Source: a virus (Duplodnaviria; Caudoviricetes). From it: a stretch of DNA of 64,000 nucleotides. Positions within the stretch are counted from its first letter, which is position 1, and every line of letters begins with the position of its first letter. The notes below the pieces were generated by a model. The model saw only the letters and a program-made list of their open reading frames with translations. It did not search any database and was not told the origin of the DNA. Shown piece by piece: positions 27,270 through 36,012 of this stretch. Made by a program: the position numbers and the translations under genes. The stretch lies in the IMG/VR virus record IMGVR_UViG_3300037453_000168, positions 14,932 to 78,931 of that record; one strand, written 5' to 3'.

Positions 27270-28638
27270 CCTCGAAAGCGAGAACGCATTGGAAGTGCCA
27301 CAGTTCAGGCAATTCAACATATCAAAGCTGATAGGTCAGGGTTATGACGAGTACTGGTGGTGGCACGGCAGATATGCGGTATGCAAGGGCAGTCGTGCCA
27401 GCAAGAAGTCGTTCACAACAGCGTATTGGATAATACTCAATATGATGAAATACCCCCTTGCGAACACGCTCGTGGTCCGCAAGGTTTCGGGTACTAACAA
27501 GGACTCCACATTCGCTCTGTTGATGCAGATTATATACTCGCTCGGTCTGGATGACGAATGGTACGCTCATATATCCCCTTTGGAGATAATATGCCGTAAG
27601 ACCCATCAGAAGATTCTGTTCAGGGGACTGGACGAACCTCAGAAACTATCGTCCATAACCGTGGAGAGAGGGGTCCTATGCTGGATGTGGGTGGAGGAGG
27701 CATATCAGATTACCAACGAGGCCGATTTCGACATTGTCGACCAGTCGATACGCGGTCAGATGCCAGAGGGATATTTCCCACACATAATGATTACATTCAA
27801 TCCTTGGCACAGGGAACATTGGCTCAAAAGAAGGTTCTTCGATACCCCGAACAAGGAGACCCTTGCCATGACTACGAACTATCTGATAAACGAGTTCATA
27901 TCTGATTTCGATAAGAGCTATTTCGAGGATTTGAAAGAACGCAATCCCCGTCTATATCAGGTCGCTGGATTGGGGGATTGGGGAGTGTCCGAGGGTCTGA
28001 TTTATTCCGATTGGGAGGAAAGGGAGTTCGATGTGGGCGAGATTATGAAACGCAACACCGTTCTCGCCCTGTTCGGGCTGGATTTCGGATTCACAGACCC
28101 GACAGCATTCGTCGCTCTGATGCTCGATACCGCAACCCGTACAATATACGTCTATGACGAATGGTATCAGACAGGAGTGCATAACATAGATATCGCCAAC
28201 AAATTGAAGGAAATGGGGTATCAGAACGAGCGTATCGTATGCGATTCGGCACAGCCTGAGTCGATATACGAATTGCAGACCCTTGGTCTTTCCAGAGTCA
28301 CAGGTGCGATAAAAGGTCAAGATTCGGTAGAGTGGGGCATCCAGAAATGCCAGCAGTACCATGTCGTGATTCTTCCCAAATGCGTCAATTTCCTCACAGA
28401 GATTTCGATGTATGCCTATGACCAGGACCGCATGGGTAAATTGATGAACAGGCCCTGTCATGATTTCAGCCACGGCATGGATGCTTGGAGATATGCCGTA
28501 TCCGAGATGCTGTATCGTACAGGACAGATAGAAGGGCTGGTTATCGGGCCGAAGGAAGATGCTCAATCAACGGTGTATCAAAGGAACAGGGCGGAATCAG
28601 AGCATCCAGAGGAATTTGTATCCAAATATGTATTTTAA
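27241..28638 (+). CDS. terL: Terminase large subunit, PBSX-like
   Basis: KGSRASKKS, WMWVEEA, TFNP, GLDFGF.DP, HGMDAWRY. Confidence 0.95.
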   Translation: MSKKKTHPNDLESENALEVPQFRQFNISKLIGQGYDEYWWWHGRYAVCKGSRASKKSFTTAYWIILNMMKYPLANTLVVRKVSGTNKDSTFALLMQIIYSLGLDDEWYAHISPLEIICRKTHQKILFRGLDEPQKLSSITVERGVLCWMWVEEAYQITNEADFDIVDQSIRGQMPEGYFPHIMITFNPWHREHWLKRRFFDTPNKETLAMTTNYLINEFISDFDKSYFEDLKERNPRLYQVAGLGDWGVSEGLIYSDWEEREFDVGEIMKRNTVLALFGLDFGFTDPTAFVALMLDTATRTIYVYDEWYQTGVHNIDIANKLKEMGYQNERIVCDSAQPESIYELQTLGLSRVTGAIKGQDSVEWGIQKCQQYHVVILPKCVNFLTEISMYAYDQDRMGKLMNRPCHDFSHGMDAWRYAVSEMLYRTGQIEGLVIGPKEDAQSTVYQRNRAESEHPEEFVSKYVF

Positions 28639-28656
28639 AGAATATATTTTATATAC
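28638..28656 (+). promoter_or_regulatory. Early-class promoter with no adjacent ORF
   Basis: AAGAATATATTTTATATAC, identical to modules 1 and 3. Confidence 0.6.
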
Positions 28657-28783
28657 TTCAATATTTATTACATCATTGGGATATCCGAACCCGTGTGAAG
28701 TACATCCCATTCCATCTCGCTTTTACATGACGGGTATCCCTTTTACCAGCCTGATAATTTAAAGAAATCTTATAAGGGAGTAG

Positions 28784-30559
28784 ATGGATTGTCGAGGTAT
28801 GCTATCCACCACACATCTGTCGAAATCGAAGAATAAGCCGAAATCGTCAGAGGTCGCATCGCCCAATCTTCCGAAGAGCGTCATGGGTCTTTCGACCGCT
28901 GAATCATTCGATAAGGGTGTGGTGCAAGAGGTGGAAGTGGTCGGAAGACCATCGAACATCATCTGGAGATTGAATAACCGTTCGTTCTGGTGGCAATTCT
29001 ATTCCCTTATGGATTTCTACCGTTCCGAGGTATCAATACTCGACACCATCATCTCTCGTTCCGTGACCGAGATATTCAGATACGGGATAGATTTCGAGCC
29101 TGCGTTCGTAGTCAAATGTGTGGATTGCGGTAACGAATATCAGAACAACGTGAAGGTATGCCCCTACTGCAACTCCACGAGATTGGTAAAGCCAGAGGAA
29201 AAGCAGAAGGATTATTTCGTCAGACCTGACGGCACATCGTTCCTCGAAGAATGCAACGAGAACCAGCAATCCCTCAAAGACCTGTGCAGAATGTATGCCG
29301 AATCCCAATACCAGAACAATCAGGCATATCTTCTCGTAATAACAGGTGATGTGATTGACAATGAGACCAAGCAGTTGAAACATTCCTATCCGTTGGAATT
29401 CATCTGCATCGACCCTAAATTCGTCCGTTATCTGTATGACGAGCATGCCGAGCCAGGAGAGTTATATGGGTTCACAATGAACGACAGACGCACTCTGATT
29501 ACCCTACCTCATGACGGGGATTTGGTCACTACGACACCAGACGGGGAGGTAATCTATCCAGCATACTGGCAGGTCGGAGACTCCTTCGGTGCTGGCGGAC
29601 CGTATATATCGTACACGAAGGACGAGATATACCAGAACCATTGGTTCAGGCAGTCCATGACCTACGGGATACCCCATTGGCTCTCAATCGAGGACGATTT
29701 GCTCACCTATCATTACATCGAGAAACATAACCTGAAGAAATACAAGTACGGATACGTCCGTAAGATTGTGGTTCTCCCAGGATACGATGTGAATGTAATC
29801 AAGGATGTAGCACAGGGGATACAGAACGTTCTGGCGAAGAACGACAACTCCGTTCCGATAGTCGGATTACCGCCAGCACCCCCAGGCACGAGTCCACAGC
29901 CAGCATCCACCCTCGAAATGGGTGCGGAATCGGGTTCAGACCTCATACAGACCAAGAACGACATCCGTGACAGGCTATGCGCCCATGCTGGTGTCCCCAA
30001 TCTGTTCGCTGGCGACGTGGAGAACGGCGGAGGACTCAACAACGAGTCACAGCAGATTACGACCTTCGACCGTTATCTAATGGACAAATATGATTACACG
30101 GATGATATGCTGGATTGGATTCTTTCGTGGTTCCCCAAGATTACGGATTGGAAACTGAGAGTCAAAAGACCCTCAAAGGCCGACCAAGCCAATAAGCAAC
30201 TTCAAGAGGAAATCCAGATTGCACAGGGCATGAAGAACCTCGGATTCCAAATCACATACACCAACGGAGAGTTCACATACTCCGAGAAACCCGTCGATAT
30301 GGGCATGGGGATGGGCGGAATGGGCGGAGGTATGGACCCTGCGCAGAACACGGATATAGGATTCAGAGGCATGCTTGGGGCTGGCGGACTCGGTAACGAT
30401 ACCGAGCAGATGGATACGAAAGGAGAGGTCGGAGAATATGAGGACGATGCCTATCAGCAGTACCAAGCATCCAAGGATGCAAAGCTAAGGAAGGCTGGTA
30501 GTTCCTTTCGCCTATCTCAAGGGGACCTCAGAAGAGCAATATCTCAAATACATCGGTAA
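28784..30559 (+). CDS. Portal protein
   Basis: Position after terL, 591 aa, RDRLCAHAGVP near the C-terminal third; Zn-ribbon insert CVDCG...CPYC. Confidence 0.8.
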   Translation: MDCRGMLSTTHLSKSKNKPKSSEVASPNLPKSVMGLSTAESFDKGVVQEVEVVGRPSNIIWRLNNRSFWWQFYSLMDFYRSEVSILDTIISRSVTEIFRYGIDFEPAFVVKCVDCGNEYQNNVKVCPYCNSTRLVKPEEKQKDYFVRPDGTSFLEECNENQQSLKDLCRMYAESQYQNNQAYLLVITGDVIDNETKQLKHSYPLEFICIDPKFVRYLYDEHAEPGELYGFTMNDRRTLITLPHDGDLVTTTPDGEVIYPAYWQVGDSFGAGGPYISYTKDEIYQNHWFRQSMTYGIPHWLSIEDDLLTYHYIEKHNLKKYKYGYVRKIVVLPGYDVNVIKDVAQGIQNVLAKNDNSVPIVGLPPAPPGTSPQPASTLEMGAESGSDLIQTKNDIRDRLCAHAGVPNLFAGDVENGGGLNNESQQITTFDRYLMDKYDYTDDMLDWILSWFPKITDWKLRVKRPSKADQANKQLQEEIQIAQGMKNLGFQITYTNGEFTYSEKPVDMGMGMGGMGGGMDPAQNTDIGFRGMLGAGGLGNDTEQMDTKGEVGEYEDDAYQQYQASKDAKLRKAGSSFRLSQGDLRRAISQIHR

Positions 30560-30671
30560 GGATGTCTACGGATTCCTCCGCAATCACAAGGAGGACATCG
30601 CCCAAGTCCTCGCAGTCGGATTCGATGTTGCAGATACGATACTGCCCAACGGCACGCATCCGTTCGTCGAT

Positions 30672-31730
30672 ATGACCTTCGATGAGGTCAAGGAGATGTA
30701 CATCGGTATGATTGAGGTATTGCAGAAACCCCAATGGTCGGTGCAGGAGATTAGGGACGTAGTTTACAATTCATGCGCCAAGTACCGTGATGCGGAGAGA
30801 GGGGATGCCGAGATACGTAACATGGTCAAGCGTATCGCTCAGACCGAGATGAACCGCATACTTTTCTATGCGAAGGAGCAGGAGGCCATCGAGTCGGGAG
30901 CGACGGATTCATACTTCATCTGGGCTGGCCCGATAGACAGGCGCATGACCCCTATGTGCCGTTTCCTGCAAACGGGGGAATTGAAAGGGGAGAACAACAG
31001 GGGCGAACCTTACGATTACGAGGAACTCCGTAGCGAACTCCCCGAATGGAGGGAGGAAGGATGGACTCTGCCCGAATTGAAGGTGATTTGCCGTCAGGTG
31101 CATGATGTGTTCTATGCTCACGATGTGGTCAAGACCCCGATGCTATCCGATTGGCAGATGCACATAAACTGCCGTCACACGTTCGGATACTCGATGAAAG
31201 CACCCAAGCTCGATGCACCGATAGAGGTCGATGGATGGATACAGGTGGATAACGCACAGGAATCGCCTGCAAGCGACGAGAAACCCCCCGAATATGTAGG
31301 CATACCTCCATCGTTGCAAACCCCCTCAGAACCGAAGGAATACGCTTGGGATGGACCGTTGCAGATTGAGTTCGTAGGGGATGCCGTCATGCAAGCCGAC
31401 GATACCGATGACATAGACATCTTCGAGACGCCTTTGGCTCAATACACGTTCGGGATAGAGCATCCTATGAGGAACGTACCCCTGTTCATACTTCCCGAAT
31501 CGACGGAGAACGACGAATCCGCCATCTTCCAATTCTCCACCGTGAACGAGTTCCAGTTGGGCTCATGGCTCAGATTCGTCATAGAGGAATTGGATGCTGG
31601 ATTGGATATGCCTGTGATAGTGGATGTGCTGAACAGCGAATCGGGTATGACCTATCAGGAGATAGGATACATACAGAGACATTGGGATTGGCTGTTCGAC
31701 GTCGCCCTCGATATGGGATGGATACTATGA
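30672..31730 (+). CDS. Head morphogenesis (Mu gpF/SPP1 gp7-like) protein; frame open back to 30489
   Basis: DRRMTPMCR...HINCRH motifs after portal. Confidence 0.75.
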   Translation: MTFDEVKEMYIGMIEVLQKPQWSVQEIRDVVYNSCAKYRDAERGDAEIRNMVKRIAQTEMNRILFYAKEQEAIESGATDSYFIWAGPIDRRMTPMCRFLQTGELKGENNRGEPYDYEELRSELPEWREEGWTLPELKVICRQVHDVFYAHDVVKTPMLSDWQMHINCRHTFGYSMKAPKLDAPIEVDGWIQVDNAQESPASDEKPPEYVGIPPSLQTPSEPKEYAWDGPLQIEFVGDAVMQADDTDDIDIFETPLAQYTFGIEHPMRNVPLFILPESTENDESAIFQFSTVNEFQLGSWLRFVIEELDAGLDMPVIVDVLNSESGMTYQEIGYIQRHWDWLFDVALDMGWIL

Positions 31731-32446
31731 CCGTAGCGACCCTCAACATCCAATGGAAGGTCGAAATAAGCACCAAGGATTTGAGGGACTATATGAAGTC
31801 GCAGAAACGTCTACAGCCTTGGTGCTGTGTCATAGGCACGAAACAGGCCGAGTGGATGGAGTTCGGGACATCCCCTGCGACAAGGGCGGATTGCGAGTAC
31901 CCGAGCATGAGCGACCCCCAGTTCTATGTGATGAAGGGCAGGGGCAAGAACAGGAAACCCACGTTCGACCCTGTTCTCTATTATAAGGAAGTGTATCGCC
32001 GTTCGGAGTTCTACCGCAACATATACGATTGGGTCAATCTGAAAGGCGCACCCAACGTAAGCCAGAAGGAGAAATACGAGATTGCTTGGAGGATGTGCCG
32101 TATAATCGCAAAGAACGGGTTGAAACCCCGTCCGTTCTTCCGTCCAGCATTCTATTACATGTGCGCACATATACAGGAATGGTGGAATGACGGATAGAGC
32201 ATCGAGCAGATGGTATATTGCATGGAGAAGAAGGTGGACCAGTTCATAAGGGAGAACCCTACCGACGGGCTTTCGGATTTACAGCGCAACCTCAACTTCT
32301 CTGGTGCCATGAGGATGTCGTTGCATTCGTTCGCAATACCCGACGAGGATGTGCCGAGGGCGTTGAATCCGCCCGTCAATCCGAGGCCGATAGCCAACGA
32401 CTTATCAGAGGATAGGGCGAGGGCTACGGGAGAGAGATACCGATGA
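31727..32446 (+). CDS. HK97 gp10-like neck/tail-completion protein with internal TAG 32195-32197
   Basis: EFGT...KPRPFFRPAF; track ORFs 31565..32197 and 32210..32446 share a frame; readthrough TGA overlaps ATG 32443. Confidence 0.65.
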
Positions 32447-32580
32447 AGGTCGTTCTAAGGCACAGGGTCAAGGATGATTCCAATGTCATTCTAATCGACG
32501 AATCCCTGTATTTCGAACCTCAGATGTTGGAAATCGACAAATCCGATGAAACACACGACGGACAAGAGTTTACGGAATAA
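32443..32580 (+). CDS. Small hypothetical protein (45 aa)
   Basis: ATGA overlap; MKVVLRHRVKDD... Confidence 0.45.
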   Translation: MKVVLRHRVKDDSNVILIDESLYFEPQMLEIDKSDETHDGQEFTE

Positions 32581-32649
32581 TATAAATTATATACTTACAT
32601 GTGTTATTCAATTATGTAAACCTTCGGGTTTGCAGGAGTGAGTGGAATG
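32575..32649 (+). promoter_or_regulatory. Promoter + leader hairpin + SD module, copy 2
   Basis: GAATAATATAAATTATATAC...GTGTTATTCAATTA-TGTAAACC-TTCG-GGTTTGCA-GGAGTGA...ATG. Confidence 0.8.
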
Positions 32650-32997
32650 TCGGTAAGCAGATACCTCGAATCGGCGATAAAGGACGAATTGAAATATCAC
32701 ATCGGGAAACTCGGTCTTTCAAGGGCGAAGACCATGTATGTGGATGTAGTGGATGCCCTCGGTTGCATAAGGAACATCCATGTGTTGGTAAAGCACAAGG
32801 CATTGTCGGACGGTAGCAACTGCTCGATATTCAGCATCCTGTCGTACCCCGACTGGTACATATCCTCCGCTGATTTGATAGGCCATGCGATACTCGACGG
32901 CAACGGAATCCGCTACGTCGGAGAGGACTACGGGGATTATACCAAGGACAGGATTTCCGCATGGCTTGACAAGGCATTGGAGGAATGGAATCAATGA
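32647..32997 (+). CDS. Hypothetical protein
   Basis: First gene after module 2. Confidence 0.6.
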   Translation: MSVSRYLESAIKDELKYHIGKLGLSRAKTMYVDVVDALGCIRNIHVLVKHKALSDGSNCSIFSILSYPDWYISSADLIGHAILDGNGIRYVGEDYGDYTKDRISAWLDKALEEWNQ

Positions 32998-33152
32998 GGT
33001 ACATCGTCAAGGCGAGCAAGCTGAACGAATACGAAACCCTCGTATTCCCGTTCAGATATACCGTGTATGACGGGGATTCGTTCAAGAAGGCCAAGCAGGT
33101 GTTCCTCGAATATGCTCAGTTCACAGGCGTGTCCTTCGAGTCAAGACTGTGA
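32994..33152 (+). CDS. Small hypothetical protein (52 aa)
   Basis: ATGA overlap; MRYIVKASKLNEYE... Confidence 0.5.
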   Translation: MRYIVKASKLNEYETLVFPFRYTVYDGDSFKKAKQVFLEYAQFTGVSFESRL

Positions 33153-33197
33153 TTTCATATCAGATAAATAGCAACGATAGGATACAAGGGCGATAAC

Positions 33198-33500
33198 ATG
33201 AGAAGCGCAGATAAGCTATATCTCGACGTCCCCTACAATTCATGCAGAATCATAGGCTCTGTATGCGAGAGAGGGGACTGTCGCAACTGCTCGATACCTA
33301 TAGTGATGCCTGAGAGGGCGAGGCAGATAATAGAACAGGATTCATATTACCGAGCGAGGGATTGGAAGGATGCTCTGGATGGGAACGGTCGAGCGTCCAT
33401 TATGTCCTATATGCACCTCGTCGAGGCCGATGTCAAGGGTCTCCTTGCTTTCATCGGACAGAACGAGGGACAGGGAGTATTGGATTTGCAAGGACTGTAA
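33198..33500 (+). CDS. Cys-containing hypothetical protein
   Basis: ORF track; C..C...C..C cluster. Confidence 0.5.
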   Translation: MRSADKLYLDVPYNSCRIIGSVCERGDCRNCSIPIVMPERARQIIEQDSYYRARDWKDALDGNGRASIMSYMHLVEADVKGLLAFIGQNEGQGVLDLQGL

Positions 33501-33562
33501 GCGCAGATTCCCCGTCAGGGAATTAAAGAAACGATATAAATGATTAGAAGGATGGCGATAAC

Positions 33563-33739
33563 ATGATATTAAAGCCGGTATGGTATGATTTCCTCATATG
33601 GGATACCTCGGACCCCATGTTCCCTGTTGCAAAAGGGTTCAAGAAGGGTACTCCGCCAGAGATAATCAAGGCCTATAAGAAGGATTTGAAGGACTATCAA
33701 AGGCGCAGAGAGGAAGACCCCTATGAAAGACTCATCTGA
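33563..33739 (+). CDS. 58-aa protein, possible immunity-type partner
   Basis: MILKPVWYDFLIWD...TPPEIIKAYKKD; overlaps the start of the zincin gene. Confidence 0.5.
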   Translation: MILKPVWYDFLIWDTSDPMFPVAKGFKKGTPPEIIKAYKKDLKDYQRRREEDPYERLI

Positions 33740-35876
33740 GCAGATAGAGAAGAAGGACTGCCCTGGCGGTATGCACGCCCATACGGGCTATACAGCATGC
33801 CATCCGTTGGATAAGCCCCATCGCCCTGGTTCTTCCGCAGACCTGTACCATCAGCAGACGGGCATAGAGAACACATGGTATCGCAATCACGGAACGACCC
33901 GTGAGGATTACGAGAAGGAACATCCCAAGGACAGCACCCCTAAGGCCCCCGAATCCACGGGCGAACCCTCGGAACCAGAATCCGAATCAAAGCCCAAGCC
34001 AGAGCCTGAATCGGATTACAGGGACGAGAAGGTGCCTGGCGTACACCAATGGGATTCCATGAGGGAGATTAAGGCGACCAATCCCAAGCTATACAAGAAC
34101 GTGAGTTCAGCCCGCGAGGTATTGAGGAAGTACGAGGGGAAGGAGGGCGTGAAGTCATCACAGATATACAAGCAGTTCGCAAGGGCTCTCCTGAAAGACG
34201 TCAAGGACGGATACGGCAAACCCGTAGAACCTCATATAAACCCTCAGCTGTTCAACAGGGTCGAACCGAGATACGCAATCCAATTCCTCAACGACATATT
34301 GAAATCGGCGGAGGAATGCCCGATAGGATGCAGAGCGGTGAAGGACATCAGACTGTATTCGAATAAGGGTTCCTCTACGCTCATGGCATATCGCTATTAC
34401 GGTATCGGGTTCGAAGTGAATACGGCGCACAATCTCAAAGACCGCAAAATCGGTTCCAAAGCCACCCTGACCAACCTCAAAGGAGAGGAAACGGAATGGG
34501 ACTTCCACTTCAAAGGACAGGATACGACGAACTCCATAGACCACGAATACGGTCATTCCGTATCCAGAGAGATATCCGCGCTCAGAATGATGTCCGACGA
34601 GGTGATACCAAGGAAGTTCATCGCATCGGAATTGAGGGAATATGCATCCAAGAAATATGATGAGGATGACAACAGACCCTCGAAGGAGAGATGGGGCATG
34701 TACATCGGCGAATACATCCTACCTCTGTCTGGGCATAAATACGGCGAACCCGAATATTACAAGTACGGGGAGATTAGAATATCTAGGTGCGACGAGAGCA
34801 TCGTATCGGATATACAGAAGATTGCGGAAAGATACGGATGCGAGGTAAAGATTGACAAGAAGGAGAAACACTACAAATCTCTCGATTCCGAACGTCCCGA
34901 CCTATATAAATTCACACTCAGGTTTGAGAAGTCGAAGAAGGGCATACCCGATGCAATCAAGGAGAAGTTCAAGGAAGACCCCCTCAGCACGCTCGATAAG
35001 ATGGAATACGAACTCGACTATGCGGACAAGATTGCGACAGAACGTGTGAAGGATTGCGAGGAACTCTATAAGAAGATATACAACGTGGACAGAATCGACC
35101 CTACCGACGTATATTCTGGATACGGTTTCTCCGCAACATCGGGATTCGATAAGAAGATATCCGCAGACAGCATGAAGGGCAGGTCATGCGAGGAGAGGTT
35201 CGCAGAGGCCTATGCGGATTTCGTCATCCGTGGGGAGAACGCCAACTCCATGTCGAAACTCCTTGTCGCTCATTCCCAATACACCTATCACAGATGCATG
35301 CTGGATTACGAAGGCTCGTTCGAGGATTTCGTGAAGGACAAGATAGGCATGGACAAGTTCGAAAGGCTGATTACGAAGTCCATCGACAGGATAGAGGACG
35401 TCAATCTAAGATTCGTAGATTCTATCAAGAAGGGTATCGAAAACAGACAAAACGACACCATCCGCAAGCATCAGGCATTCATCGAGTCCGTCAGAAAGCA
35501 GTTCGATATGAGAACGACGAAATACAGAGTGCCTAAGAGATTGATAGCATTCGGACAGGAATATACCTTGGATAATGGGTATCTCCAACCCGAAGACGAT
35601 TCGGACACGGCATCGGGAACACAATACAGATTCGTCACGAAGCACGATTTTTGGAAGGAATACGATGAAGGCGAGGGTCAGAATCCCGATAGCACCACGA
35701 TAATCCTCTACGACAACGGTCGTACTTGGGCGAGCTATATGGATTCCAAGCCAGATAAGTCCGATATGAGGTCGGGAGTAATCTGCACCGAATGGGGTTT
35801 CATCTGTTACAACTGCACTCCCACAAGGGATGATGACGGGCATGGGGATTACATATACGATGTAGAACTCAATTGA
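33723..35876 (+). CDS. Large protein with zincin metallopeptidase motifs (lethal-factor/MuF-toxin-like)
   Basis: IDHEYGH plus downstream ERFAEAYA. Confidence 0.65.
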   Translation: MKDSSEQIEKKDCPGGMHAHTGYTACHPLDKPHRPGSSADLYHQQTGIENTWYRNHGTTREDYEKEHPKDSTPKAPESTGEPSEPESESKPKPEPESDYRDEKVPGVHQWDSMREIKATNPKLYKNVSSAREVLRKYEGKEGVKSSQIYKQFARALLKDVKDGYGKPVEPHINPQLFNRVEPRYAIQFLNDILKSAEECPIGCRAVKDIRLYSNKGSSTLMAYRYYGIGFEVNTAHNLKDRKIGSKATLTNLKGEETEWDFHFKGQDTTNSIDHEYGHSVSREISALRMMSDEVIPRKFIASELREYASKKYDEDDNRPSKERWGMYIGEYILPLSGHKYGEPEYYKYGEIRISRCDESIVSDIQKIAERYGCEVKIDKKEKHYKSLDSERPDLYKFTLRFEKSKKGIPDAIKEKFKEDPLSTLDKMEYELDYADKIATERVKDCEELYKKIYNVDRIDPTDVYSGYGFSATSGFDKKISADSMKGRSCEERFAEAYADFVIRGENANSMSKLLVAHSQYTYHRCMLDYEGSFEDFVKDKIGMDKFERLITKSIDRIEDVNLRFVDSIKKGIENRQNDTIRKHQAFIESVRKQFDMRTTKYRVPKRLIAFGQEYTLDNGYLQPEDDSDTASGTQYRFVTKHDFWKEYDEGEGQNPDSTTIILYDNGRTWASYMDSKPDKSDMRSGVICTEWGFICYNCTPTRDDDGHGDYIYDVELN

Positions 35877-36012
35877 AACGGTGCTAAGAAACTGAAGGAT
35901 TGAATTTTCCTGAAAGTACAAACCGCCCGTGTATGATTTGTACTTTCGTACAAACCTCTTCCTCATTTTCCAATTAAAATAGTTATATAACTGATAATCA
36001 AGGTTAAGGTTC

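Noticed and set aside
27241-28638. Intein or intron in terminase/portal
   Set aside because: Lengths are ordinary and no intein N-terminal Cys/C-terminal His-Asn or LAGLIDADG motifs are seen.
2717-32446. Treating the TAG-containing genes as nonsense-mutated pseudogenes of a decaying prophage
   Set aside because: The in-frame interruptions are all TAG, never TAA/TGA, apart from the TAA tied to the helicase frameshift and one at 30486; structural genes are intact; readthrough restores exact gene coupling.
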